Positions 19,038 through 29,900 of a stretch of 35,656 bases of DNA are shown one piece after another. The DNA lies in contig JAFGOA010000106.1 in the NCBI GenBank assembly GCA_016926735.1, forward strand, positions 1 to 35,656, read 5' to 3'. Below the pieces are notes generated by a model. That model worked only from the letters and a program-made list of their open reading frames with translations, ran no database searches and was not told the DNA's origin. The position numbers were made by a program, and so were the translations under genes. The DNA comes from Promethearchaeota archaeon (GTDB lineage: Archaea; Asgardarchaeota; Lokiarchaeia; Sigyniarchaeales; SOKP01). How positions within the stretch are numbered: the stretch's first letter is position 1; each line of letters starts with the position of its first letter.

Positions 19038-19523
19038 TCATGATCTATTCTGAATTTCATTTACTATTGTTAAGACAATTTTTTCAATGGATTGATCAAT
19101 GGGAATTTTTATAGCATATTCAGGAATTTCCAAAATATCAAATTGGGAATCTAATAATTCTACTGGCATATAGTGATCCTCTCGCATTAGCATTCTTTCT
19201 GTGATTAAACTCTTTTTTCCATGTAATAAAATAAAAAGAACATTATTATTTTTATTTAAGATCTTCCTATAAGATTCTTTTAAAGCAGAACAAGCCAATA
19301 TTGCTCCTCCTTTGTCGTCCCACTCCTTTATCTTTTTTGATAATAAATCTAACCAAGGTTTTCTGTCAGAATCTTCTAATGGAATGCATTTTTTCATTTT
19401 TCCTATATTATCTTTACTATGAAAATCATCAGCATCATAGCAGGGAATGTCTAATGCTTTAGATAATTCTCTACTAATTGTAGTCTTTCCGCAACTGCAA
19501 ACACCCATAATAATATAGATCAT
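19038..19523 (-). CDS. gntK: Gluconokinase
   Basis: MGVCSCGKTT, DADDFH..NI.KM..PL.DSDR.PWL, LACSALKESYR, HYMP..LLDSQF..LE. Confidence 0.92.
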   Translation of the reverse strand: MIYIIMGVCSCGKTTISRELSKALDIPCYDADDFHSKDNIGKMKKCIPLEDSDRKPWLDLLSKKIKEWDDKGGAILACSALKESYRKILNKNNNVLFILLHGKKSLITERMLMREDHYMPVELLDSQFDILEIPEYAIKIPIDQSIEKIVLTIVNEIQNRS

Positions 19524-19592
19524 AGTTAAATTTCAATCTCTCTCTTAAATCATATAATTTTCAAGAGTATTACTATTATGCTTCTCTAATAT

Positions 19593-21044
19593 CTATTCTT
19601 TATAATCTGTGCTATTTGTATCTCGATCATAATTTGTCCAATTAGTATGAAATGATTTGTTTGTAGATTCATCTATTCTTCGATATGTATGGGCTCCAAA
19701 ATAATCTCTCTGAGCTTGTATTAAGTTAGCTGGAAGTAATTCTGATCGATATCCATCAAAGTAATTTAATGCACTCCCCATTGCTGGAATAGGAATCCCA
19801 TAATTAATTGCTCTTTTTATCGTCTTCCTCAATCCAAATTGATTTTTATTCAATACCTCTTTAAAATATGGTTCAACAATAAGATTGTCTAATTCTGGAT
19901 TATTATCATACGCTTTTTTTATTTTATTTAAAAAATTACTTCTAATGATGCATCCATTTCTCCAGATTAACGCAATATTACCAAAATTCAAATTCCAGTT
20001 ATTTAAATTACTTGCTTTTTTCATAAGTGCAAAACCCTGAGCATAAGAAATGATTTTTGCCATATAGATCGCATTCTTAAGATCATCAATTATTTGTAAT
20101 CTTTTAGTTTTAATTTTTCTTTCTGGTCCTTTTAAAACCTTGCTTGCTTTAATTCTCTCTTTTTTTTTATTAGAAAGATTTCTTGCAAAAACACTTTCTG
20201 TTATTAATGATAAAGGAACATCTATATCAAGAGCATTGATTGCAGTCCACTTTCCGGTTCCCTTTTGTCCTGCTTTATCTAAAATTTTTTTGATTAAATA
20301 ATCACCATCGCTATCCTTGTATATTAAAATTTCATAAGTAATCTTAATTAAGTAACTATTTAATTCCTCTTTATCCCATTTTTTGAAAATATTATGCATT
20401 TCTTCATAATTTAATCCAATAAAATCTCTCATTATATGGAATGCTTCACTGATAATTTGCATATCTCCATATTCTATTCCATTATGAACCATTTTAACAA
20501 AATGTCCCGCCCCATTATCTCCAATCCAATTACAACATGGATTGTTAGTATTATCTTTGGCAGATATTTTTTGAAAAATTTCCTTTACTTCTGTCCATGC
20601 TTTATAAGATCCCCCTGGCATCAAACTTGGACCATTTAGAGCTCCTTCTTCTCCTCCAGAAATACCCATTCCAATATAAAGAAACCCTTTTTCTTCAGTC
20701 TGCTTAGTTCTTCTTATTGTATCTTTATAATTTGAATTTCCGCCATCAATAATTATATCTCCTTTTTCTAAAAATGGAATTAATTTTTCAATAAGTGAAT
20801 CAATAGCTTCTCCAGCCTTAACCATTATCAATATTTTTCTTGGTTTTTTTAATTGTTTTGTTAAATCTTCGATATCTTTAGATGCTATAATATTTTTATT
20901 CTTTCCTCTTGAATTAATAAAATCATTGATTTTTTTAATCGTTCGGTTATATACTGCTACTCGATAACCTTTACTTTCTATATTTAGTGCTAGATTTTCA
21001 CCCATAACACCTAATCCTATTAATCCAATATCTGCATTTCTCAA
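19593..21044 (-). CDS. gnd: NADP-dependent 6-phosphogluconate dehydrogenase (long form)
   Basis: IGLIGLGVMG, YNRT, MVKAG, IIDGGNS, SGGEEGA, GHFVKMVHNGIEYGDMQ, QKGTGKWT, GCIIRS, NLIQAQRDYFGAHTY. TTG start with GAGTGA upstream. Confidence 0.96.
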   Translation of the reverse strand: MRNADIGLIGLGVMGENLALNIESKGYRVAVYNRTIKKINDFINSRGKNKNIIASKDIEDLTKQLKKPRKILIMVKAGEAIDSLIEKLIPFLEKGDIIIDGGNSNYKDTIRRTKQTEEKGFLYIGMGISGGEEGALNGPSLMPGGSYKAWTEVKEIFQKISAKDNTNNPCCNWIGDNGAGHFVKMVHNGIEYGDMQIISEAFHIMRDFIGLNYEEMHNIFKKWDKEELNSYLIKITYEILIYKDSDGDYLIKKILDKAGQKGTGKWTAINALDIDVPLSLITESVFARNLSNKKKERIKASKVLKGPERKIKTKRLQIIDDLKNAIYMAKIISYAQGFALMKKASNLNNWNLNFGNIALIWRNGCIIRSNFLNKIKKAYDNNPELDNLIVEPYFKEVLNKNQFGLRKTIKRAINYGIPIPAMGSALNYFDGYRSELLPANLIQAQRDYFGAHTYRRIDESTNKSFHTNWTNYDRDTNSTDYKE

Positions 21045-21051
21045 TTTGTAT

Positions 21052-22143
21052 TCACTCTTTTAACCCTTTTAAATTTATGATATAATTATCATCTGGTTTT
21101 TCTAATATTTCTAATAAATTATACTTATCAATCATTTCTAATAGACCAAGAATAGTAAGTCTATGATTATATTTTTTATTTGCATCATAAAAATTTCGGA
21201 AGCAAAAAGGACATTCAGTTGTAAGTATATCTGCACCTATTGTATTTGATTCAATACATCTTAAACTTGCAGCTTTTAATGAAAAACCTGGATATGCTGC
21301 TCTCACACCTCCTCCTGCACCACAACATATAGAGTCCATTTTTATATTATTCATTTCTTTAAATTGAATTTTTGTATCATGTTTAAGTTGATTAAGAATA
21401 ATTCTTGGTTTTTCAAACCAATTCTTAATTTTCTTATCAAGTTTGTTTATATCAAAGGATAAATTATCGTTTTGTTCTCTAAGTTCTTGTTCAAATTCAA
21501 TCCCAAAATGTCTCCCTAAATGACAAGGATCATGATAAGTGATAATTTTTCCCTCTAGTTCTTGGTTGTGTTTAAATCTAATTTTATTATCATTAATTAA
21601 TAAAGCAATTAGGTCAATAATGTGCAATGTATCATATTTAAGTGGTAAACCATTATTCCATTTAGGATAATCAATGGTAAAGGTTCTATAACAACCGGCA
21701 CAAGAGAAAATTATTTTTTTTATATTTTTGATACTTTCTAAATTTTTATTCATTAATTTCTGAGCTGTTTTTATAGCACCAATTCTAAAAAAGGGACTTC
21801 CACAACAGACTTCTTCTGAAATTAATGTAAAATTAATCCCTAATTGTTCTAATATTCTACACGTAGAGATGGCATTATTAACTTGCCTAAAATTTGCTGT
21901 ACAACCCACATAATAGACAATTTTATTTTTATTATTATTGAGATGTTTTTCAAAACCTGCTTCTTTTACCCACCTAAATCGATAATCTGAAGATTCTCCA
22001 TAAGGATTATCCAATTCTTCTACAAACTTTTTAATTAGTTCAAGGGAGCTATTTAGAGGAACTCTCTCTTTAGCAAAAGCTTTTTTCAGTGCTTCAATAA
22101 TATCTACCATAGGATATTTATTGTCATTTTGAATTGAACACAT
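21052..22143 (-). CDS. CCG-domain Fe-S protein (HdrD/GlcF-like), lacking an intact N-terminal ferredoxin domain
   Basis: YYVGC, EEVCCGSP, SCAGC, TYHDPCHLGR, CCGAGGG, TECPFC. Confidence 0.85.
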   Translation of the reverse strand: MCSIQNDNKYPMVDIIEALKKAFAKERVPLNSSLELIKKFVEELDNPYGESSDYRFRWVKEAGFEKHLNNNKNKIVYYVGCTANFRQVNNAISTCRILEQLGINFTLISEEVCCGSPFFRIGAIKTAQKLMNKNLESIKNIKKIIFSCAGCYRTFTIDYPKWNNGLPLKYDTLHIIDLIALLINDNKIRFKHNQELEGKIITYHDPCHLGRHFGIEFEQELREQNDNLSFDINKLDKKIKNWFEKPRIILNQLKHDTKIQFKEMNNIKMDSICCGAGGGVRAAYPGFSLKAASLRCIESNTIGADILTTECPFCFRNFYDANKKYNHRLTILGLLEMIDKYNLLEILEKPDDNYIINLKGLKE

Positions 22144-22362
22144 ATCAGATTTTACAGAAGATAATTTGCTTTTATAAGTTAATATAATATAAGATTTGTA
22201 ACCTATTTTAATAATAACTTATATAGAATTAAAAGAGTTCTAATTTGATTAATTTGTTTGACAAACTTATGAACAAAATTCAATAATGAGATTTTTTCCT
22301 TTATTATTAAAATAAATCTATTTATCCAATTAAAAATGGTTTTTACTTTATACATTTTTTTT

Positions 22363-23163
22363 TTATTTCAACATTTTTCTTTGAAGAGCTAACATATTAC
22401 CAACATAGAAAGCTACTAATGAAGCAACTATAATAAATGGAAAAAATGTAATTATTATCAATGCTAAAACGGGTTTTACATAGATAAAATATGATGTTAG
22501 AATATATATGAAGTATAAAGTCGAGTTAATAGCTGATAATTTTAAATTTAAAGAAAAATATCCTGCAATAAGATTGGCAATACCAAATACTAAAATAAGT
22601 TCTGCTAAAGATATAAGTACTACTTGTGGTATAATACTTATTAATATCTCATCCATAGAGAAAAATCTAAAATATAAAGAAGATGCAAAATATTCTGTTG
22701 CCATAATATTCAAGTATGTAAGCAAGATTCCTAAAGGTACAAGAACTAACCATGTTTCAAACAATCTAATTTTCAAGGAAGGGGCTATTTTCCTCCTTAG
22801 ATTTATTTCTATGATGGTATCAACATGATTTACATTTTTTGCTGTTATATTATAATCAGGAGAAAAATCATCGATAAAATCCTCCAGGATATTATTAAGT
22901 ATTTTACTTACCAAAGCAGTATTATCTCGAGCGCTTACAATTGCAGCTCCAAAAATTTCTTCTTCTGGTTTTGTTTCGAGTATTAATTTATTTCCTTCCC
23001 CAAGATCTACAAATTTTATTATGCTTTCAAGTGCTTCTCTACTAAAATTAACAATAGATGTAAAAAATCCAATTAATAGATTATCATCCTGTTCTTGTTG
23101 GACAAAATTCTTAGAATATATCAATCTACCATTTGAATTTAATATATATATTTTTTTAATCAT
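22363..23163 (-). CDS. Longin-like N-terminal domain fused to a 4-TM C-terminal region
   Basis: MIKKIYILNSNGRLIYSKNF..DDNLLIGFFTSIVNFSRE..IKFVDLG..ILNNILEDFIDDF matches the longin pattern, followed by four hydrophobic helices. GGAGG SD upstream. Confidence 0.7.
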   Translation of the reverse strand: MIKKIYILNSNGRLIYSKNFVQQEQDDNLLIGFFTSIVNFSREALESIIKFVDLGEGNKLILETKPEEEIFGAAIVSARDNTALVSKILNNILEDFIDDFSPDYNITAKNVNHVDTIIEINLRRKIAPSLKIRLFETWLVLVPLGILLTYLNIMATEYFASSLYFRFFSMDEILISIIPQVVLISLAELILVFGIANLIAGYFSLNLKLSAINSTLYFIYILTSYFIYVKPVLALIIITFFPFIIVASLVAFYVGNMLALQRKMLK

Positions 23164-23184
23164 TAATTTTCCTCCATATTATCG

Positions 23185-24897
23185 TTAAGTTATCTCCAAG
23201 AATTCTACAAATTCATGAAGTGATGCTCTATATCTCTTAAAACTTTGTAGTTGTTTTCCAAAAATATGTATAATTTTTTTTATTATATTATTTGGATCTT
23301 CCTTTGGAAATAATTTATATTTTTCAAATTTTCTTTCTTCAATCACTATTGCAGTTTCTAATTCAAATAATTTTTTAATATCTTGTTGATCAGGATAATT
23401 TAGTTCAATTGATATTAATTCTGCTGATTGCGGAATTTTTTTAAGAAGCTGTTTCATAGTTCCAGAATCGACTTTTTTACCCGTTATAGTAACAATTTTT
23501 TCACATTCAGCTACTATTTTCTCTGGACCGTGAATTAAAATGGCAACATGAAATTTCATTTTAATTAATTCTAAATATCTATTTAATCGCTCTTGCTCCA
23601 ATTTAGTTATCTTTCCTTTCGGAATGGATAACATAATAATTTTAGGATTTTGGAATAGAGCTTGTGCTATTAAAAACAAATAGATTTCTAAGTGAGTAAA
23701 TTTATTTAATCTTATTTTTTTCTTTCCCAATAGACCTAATGATTCTAAGATTTTATCAATATATTCTTTTTTTCTTTTAATTCTCCTAAAAAATGAAAAT
23801 CCTTTGAATAAATGGATAATATAATAGATAATATTCTTTAATTTTTTATAGTTATATTCAGATTGTTTATTATCAATATCATTCTTTAGATTTTTTAAGT
23901 TTGATATGTTTTTGGTGATATATCTTATCGCTTTTTTCAATTTCACATTTTTTAGTTTAGGATCAATTCTATATTGTATATGAATTAAGTCTTCTAAGTC
24001 GTTTTTACTTGTTAATTGTATAAACTTACCAAAAATAGATATTACTCCTGAAAAATCAATTCTTTTACCACTGATTATATTAAAGAGTTTTTTGATGCTT
24101 AATGTTTCAATACTATCCTCAGAATTCCCTTTATATAAAAATCCAATAGATTGTCCTCTATGTACTCTAAAAGATAACTTTTCAATATTTTTTCCAATAA
24201 TAATATTATCACATAATAAATGTTGGGAATTTTTATAATAATCTTGAATTTTCTCATATTGGACTATTAAATTAATTAGGTTATTGAGTACATCAATAAT
24301 ATGAGGTGGGTTAAATTCATCCCAATTAATCAATATTTCTGAATTTATAAAATCTTCTACTCTTATAATTTTACTTAATTCCTTGGAAAAATAAAAAATT
24401 GGTCTTAGTGGATACAATTCAAAATTGATTTTAAGTTCTAAGGTTAGATTTGGAAAAGATATAAAAACTTCCCTAAAATAAGTAATATCATTTATTGAAT
24501 AATTTTCAAATTCTTCATCTAGAAGTTCTATCTCATTTTTTAATACATTTATATGATATTCTAATTCTTTAAAAATCAAATCATCAATTCTGTTTATGAT
24601 CTTTCTTGGGCTTATTAAACCATCATCATCAAAATCGGGATCAACAATTATTTGATTAAAATCAAACTCAGTTTCGATTGGAGTGTTTACTTGAACTAAA
24701 GGAAAAGCTTTTTTTAAAACGTCTTGGCTGGGGAATAATAAAACCTCAATATAACTTTTTTTATAATTTAAATCTAAAATCGTAGAAAAGCCAAATGTAT
24801 TCTTTTGATAAATCATCCAATAATGTTTAGAAAATCTAATTGCTTCTAATATCTTTTCTCTAATATGTTCTAGCTCTTCTTTTCTAGATCTAAACAA
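23185..24897 (-). CDS. UBC/RWD-like N-terminal region fused to a degenerate (pseudo) ABC ATPase
   Basis: LKINFELYPLRPIFYF..LINWDEFNPPHIIDVLNNL resembles an E2/RWD fold. The ABC scaffold is present (LSFRVHRGQSIG, FSGVISIFG, IAQALFQNPKIIML, ECEKIVTI..G), but Walker A GKT, the LSGGQ signature and Walker B DE are absent. TTG start. Confidence 0.65.
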   Translation of the reverse strand: MFRSRKEELEHIREKILEAIRFSKHYWMIYQKNTFGFSTILDLNYKKSYIEVLLFPSQDVLKKAFPLVQVNTPIETEFDFNQIIVDPDFDDDGLISPRKIINRIDDLIFKELEYHINVLKNEIELLDEEFENYSINDITYFREVFISFPNLTLELKINFELYPLRPIFYFSKELSKIIRVEDFINSEILINWDEFNPPHIIDVLNNLINLIVQYEKIQDYYKNSQHLLCDNIIIGKNIEKLSFRVHRGQSIGFLYKGNSEDSIETLSIKKLFNIISGKRIDFSGVISIFGKFIQLTSKNDLEDLIHIQYRIDPKLKNVKLKKAIRYITKNISNLKNLKNDIDNKQSEYNYKKLKNIIYYIIHLFKGFSFFRRIKRKKEYIDKILESLGLLGKKKIRLNKFTHLEIYLFLIAQALFQNPKIIMLSIPKGKITKLEQERLNRYLELIKMKFHVAILIHGPEKIVAECEKIVTITGKKVDSGTMKQLLKKIPQSAELISIELNYPDQQDIKKLFELETAIVIEERKFEKYKLFPKEDPNNIIKKIIHIFGKQLQSFKRYRASLHEFVEFLEIT

Positions 24898-25475
24898 CTC
24901 TCTTAACTCTTTGAAGTAATAATTTCTGAATGATTATTAATTCATCAAAACTATTTATATTGGTATTGTTTTAAAAGCTTTTATTTCTTTTTGAATGGTA
25001 TTCAAATTAATTGATTTTAGAATTAGACTACTAACATTTAAAGAAGTTGGATTCTTGCTTCTATGGCCATAAAACCTGAGAGATCTTTTACATAATCTCC
25101 ACTAGATTAACTTCCCGTAGGCTCTATGATAGATGGATGATAAATAATTGATTTTCTTGTTTATTAATATCTTTAATTGAACTTCCTTTGATTTGAAAAA
25201 TGTGGAGTATTATAATCTGGTGAATCCTATACATATTCATCCATATCATAAAAATTTGGTTTTCTACTACAATATAGTAATAATTTTTAATCCTAAAAAA
25301 TAAAAAAGAGAATTAAACTTTAATTATAATGCTTATTTTAGTATTATTCTTTCTTCTAATCCTTGATTTATTATCGATATGGTATTAAAAAAAAAAATTA
25401 AATATAAAAAATTCTACTATTTATTTGGTTAAGGTTTTTTATTTTTAGATTCAAAATTAAATTATTTATATAAAA

Positions 25476-25925
25476 ATGCAAATTTATGAGGCAGGAATAA
25501 TAATTGGAGGAATTCCAATTATAAGCGAAAATTTTATTAATCCTAATGAAAAAGATGAGGATTTAATTCATAAATGTGCATTATTATCATGTTTACTAAA
25601 TTTTGCCGAAACTTTAATTTCCCCCATAGAATCTTTTGAAAGTAATAAATATAATTTTGCATTTAGAAAAAGTGAAATAGAAACAGTAAACTCAGAAATT
25701 ATTGATATTTTTGTCTATTTAGTTCTCAACAATGATGTAAAATTTAATAAATATTTAAATAAAAAGATCAAACCCATTTTAAACGATATTCTTGATCAAT
25801 TTAAATTAAAATATTATGGTAGGGATTTCTCATATTGTACACAATTTATTCAGTTTAAAGATATTATTAAACAAATTCTGATTAAAAATAAGAAAAAGTT
25901 AGGATTCGAAAATTTAGGTATCTAA
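25476..25925 (+). CDS. Stand-alone longin-like domain protein
   Basis: IYEAGIIIGGIPIISENF..LLSCLLNFAE..IESFESNKYNFAF..IFVYLV..ILNDILDQFKLKY..FKDIIKQIL. Confidence 0.6.
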   Translation: MQIYEAGIIIGGIPIISENFINPNEKDEDLIHKCALLSCLLNFAETLISPIESFESNKYNFAFRKSEIETVNSEIIDIFVYLVLNNDVKFNKYLNKKIKPILNDILDQFKLKYYGRDFSYCTQFIQFKDIIKQILIKNKKKLGFENLGI

Positions 25926-26204
25926 TATTATAAAAAATAATTCTTAATATATTATTTTTCAAAATTATATAAATAATAATAAGGTTAATTCTTTGAATAT
26001 CAGAAATAAAGATTTTTTTTAAATTCATAAAAAATATAAAATTTCTATTTTAATTTATGAATATAAAGAAATTAGAGCTAAAACATAGATATATAAAATA
26101 TAAGAACGATAGTAAGAATTATATTAAAATTAATTACTTTTATTCATATTTTTTAACTATTGAAGCCCCTTTAAAAAATAGATAAGAATAAAATTTATTG
26201 AAAT

Positions 26205-26942
26205 ATGTTATTATTGGGTATTAATTTGGAAAATATATTGGTCATTTTTTCAATAGAAATAATCATAGTCATATTTTTCATTATATTAGGGTTTAATCTC
26301 TTAATACCAAAAGAGGATAATCTAAATATATATTTTATTCGCTTTTTTAGACTTTTTGCTCTAGGTAATCTTTTTCTAATTGTATATTTAATTTTTATCG
26401 GGATTAACTTAAATAAAATAATTGAACTTCCACTTTATTGTATTTCAATATTTTTTCTTTGTATTGCTCTCTATCATCTTAATATTGTAAATCATTTAAT
26501 TTTAAAGTCAGATATTACTTATCAAAACTCTCAAATCAGTATATCTCTTAAGATATATTATATCTTATTATTATCAGGAATAATCTTAATTGGAGTTATT
26601 TTCAACAATTTACTATTAAATTTAGATATTATTATCATAAATTCTAATTTCTTTATTTTATTATATTCTTTTATTTTTCTTGTTATTTTTTCCATAATTC
26701 CATTATGTAAAAAAAAAAAGATTATATTTGAAAATATAAAGAATAGTGACTTAAAATTTTATTTTAGTTTATTCTATCGAGGAGTTTTTGGATTATATAC
26801 TATTTTATTTCTTGAATATTTCTCAATCTTTTTATATTTTTCAATTTTTAAGATTTTATTATATCTTCTGATGATGACTTTTTTATATTGGATAAATAAA
26901 ATACATAAAGCATTAATTAAACGAATTAAAAAAAAAAAATAA
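26205..26942 (+). CDS. Hydrophobic membrane protein (about 7 TM), function unknown
   Basis: About seven I/L/F-rich segments and a basic C-terminal tail. Confidence 0.65.
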   Translation: MLLLGINLENILVIFSIEIIIVIFFIILGFNLLIPKEDNLNIYFIRFFRLFALGNLFLIVYLIFIGINLNKIIELPLYCISIFFLCIALYHLNIVNHLILKSDITYQNSQISISLKIYYILLLSGIILIGVIFNNLLLNLDIIIINSNFFILLYSFIFLVIFSIIPLCKKKKIIFENIKNSDLKFYFSLFYRGVFGLYTILFLEYFSIFLYFSIFKILLYLLMMTFLYWINKIHKALIKRIKKKK

Positions 26943-26951
26943 AAGGTTAAT

Positions 26952-29900
26952 TTATTCCATTTCCTTTATTTTCAAAGCCTTATATCTAAAATATTCCTCC
27001 ATTTTCACATCTGATTGTTTTAATTCTGAGATTGAGTCAGTTCCAAATTCATTTTCTATTTTAATTTTGATTTCACGTAAATTAAGATCTGTTAATAATA
27101 CATAGGAAAACCCTACTTTATTTTCAAGAGCTTTTTCAACACCTTCAATCGATTCCAATTTTTGAATACTATTCTCATGAACATCTTTAAATATTAATTC
27201 AATTACTCTCCCGCTTCCAGGTAATTGAGACAATAATTCATTGGGAGATCCAAAATCAATCATACCTCTTTGTCTACCAAAAACAACGATCTTATCACAG
27301 AATCTTGATTCTTCTGGATAATGTGATATTACTAATAATGTTGTTGATAATAATTCGTTTATTCTTGTTAAAGCAAGCCATAAATTTTCTCTAACAACTG
27401 GATCTAATCCTGAGGTTGGCTCATCTAAAATACAAAAAATGGGATTATGAATCAATGCCATAGCTATACTAACCCTTCGTTTCTGACCTCCAGAAAGAGT
27501 TTTTACATGAGAATGCATTTTATCTTCAATTTCTAATCCTCTCAACAACCGTTTTGCTCTGCTTGCTATTTGTTTTTCTGTTAATCCATATTGGAACCCA
27601 AAATAGATTAAATTTTGTAAAGTGGTAAAATTATTATATATTTTACCAAGATCTTGGGGGACATAACCAAAAATTGGTCTAAATCTCTTTTTATTTTTTC
27701 TAGCATCCAATCCATAAATTTCACATTTTCCTTTATATTTTCTCATTCCTAAAAGTGCTTTTATAAAAGTAGTTTTACCAGCACCACTCTCACCTAAAAC
27801 TCCTAAAATCTTTCCATGCTCTAATTCTAAAGAGACGCCATCTACAATTATTTTTTTTCCTGAATATATTTCTAAATTTTCACAATGAATTGCATTAAAT
27901 CTTTTAAGATATTCAATATTTAACCTATCTCTAATACCTAATTTAATTTTTACGAATTTATATAGAGACATATTAAGATAGGAAATAATATTTAACATGG
28001 TAATGAGTATTAAAACTATACCTTCTGCCAATATTAACCATAATATTAATCTTGTCCACGGTATAGGATCAAACGCTTGATCATATCTTACATCTTCTAT
28101 AATAATTAATCCATAAGGAGTATTTCTTAAATCCCCTCCAAATAAAGGATAATCTCCTACACCTCCAGTAGCATTACTAAAGCAAATACGGAACCATTTA
28201 GCTAGGTTTTGAATATTTTGAGGTTGACTCCGGTAATAATATAATCCTTTTGCTCCTAAATAATTTCCCATAAAAGAAGAGGGTAAATTAAAAAATAATG
28301 AAAGATATGGTATAAGCTCAAAACTTCCATCACTTCTTTGAGAATTTTTAAGAAATTTTATCGCAGATATTCTTGAAATAGGTTCTATGTTAAAAAAATT
28401 TAAATTCTCTAACCCATAATAGGTAGATATCACATCTGAATGAAATCCTATAAATAATGAAAACCCTCCATCGGCATTTTGACTCGAATATAACCAGTGA
28501 AATAGAGCTGTCTTATTAATTACGTTCAATGAATCTAAACTATTTAAACTGCTAACAGCCCAATATGTGCTTATAATCGTAGATATGTTAGTATTTATCA
28601 AGTTAAACATTGATGTATATGCAGAATTAAAATATGAAATTATTACATCTAAATCTTCTCCTAATTTAAATCCTCCATCTTGATTTTGAAGAGTTGTAAA
28701 ATATAGTTCGGTGTTTGTTTCATTTGGGAGATATGTTATATTATAGGGATGAAAAAGATTATATAGAAATATTGCACAATATGTTGAATATATAGAAGAA
28801 TTTCTGCTTGGTTGAGGTCCAAATCCTCCATCTTCTGAGTTATAACATAATTCTACATAATGTAAAATTTTATCCATTTTTAAGAAGGTTGTGTAGTTAC
28901 TGATATCGTATTGGTAAAGTGATAAAACACCATTATAATTTGATTGAAGATTTACTTGTCCTATCAATCCATTCATTGCCTGCCTTTCATATATCCAATT
29001 ATAATACAATATCTTTTGATTTTGATAGTCCGTTGTTGCATTCTCTAGCAAAGTTATACATTTCATTGCTGCCCACCCTGATTTTGAATCTGTATTATTT
29101 ACCTCTGAAAGAGAAGAAGAACTGAATCCTCCATTTGGTTCTTGACGATCTAATATATAATTTAAACTATAAGTTTCATTAAATGGATCAATTGTGATAT
29201 TTAAGATAGTTTGAGAAGCAATTGCATAATAGGTTGACCCTACATTAGGGACTCCTAATATCGTATCGGAATACCCTCCGGTGATATTCCTTCTACCAGT
29301 AAAATAAGATTCAAATACTATCATTTCAGAAGGGGTATAGGTATAATTTATTCCTAAATGGGCTTGAATACCAAAATGAGTGGTTTCTTGTGTAACAATT
29401 GTACTGTAGCTTGTTAAAGCATATCCTCCTTGTGCTAAATATCGTGTAGAATTGATGAAATTTGTAATATTTACATTTTGTATAAGTGAATACGCATTAA
29501 ATCTTTTAGCTATTTCAATAGCGTAATATGTTGAGATAATATCCGATTGCTCTATTAATGGATGATATCTAAAGCCCCATCCATTTTTTTCTAAAGAATT
29601 GTTAACAAAATTAATTATATTATCAATTTTCCCTTTTCTTAAAGGATCGTCTAGATATGATTTATTAAGTAAATCTAATATTTTAATTACTTTATATGTT
29701 GAATATAAACTTCCAATCCCTCCAATATCAGAAAAAGAACCATCAGAATTTTGTTTCTCAGATAAATAGTCTAAAAAAAAAAGCTGATTTTCGGAATTAA
29801 GAAAATTATTATTTATAGGATTTATAAGTTTAGTTAATTCAGATTCATATGAAATACTAGAAAAATTTACTGAATCTATTGCTCGATAACATTCCTCTAT

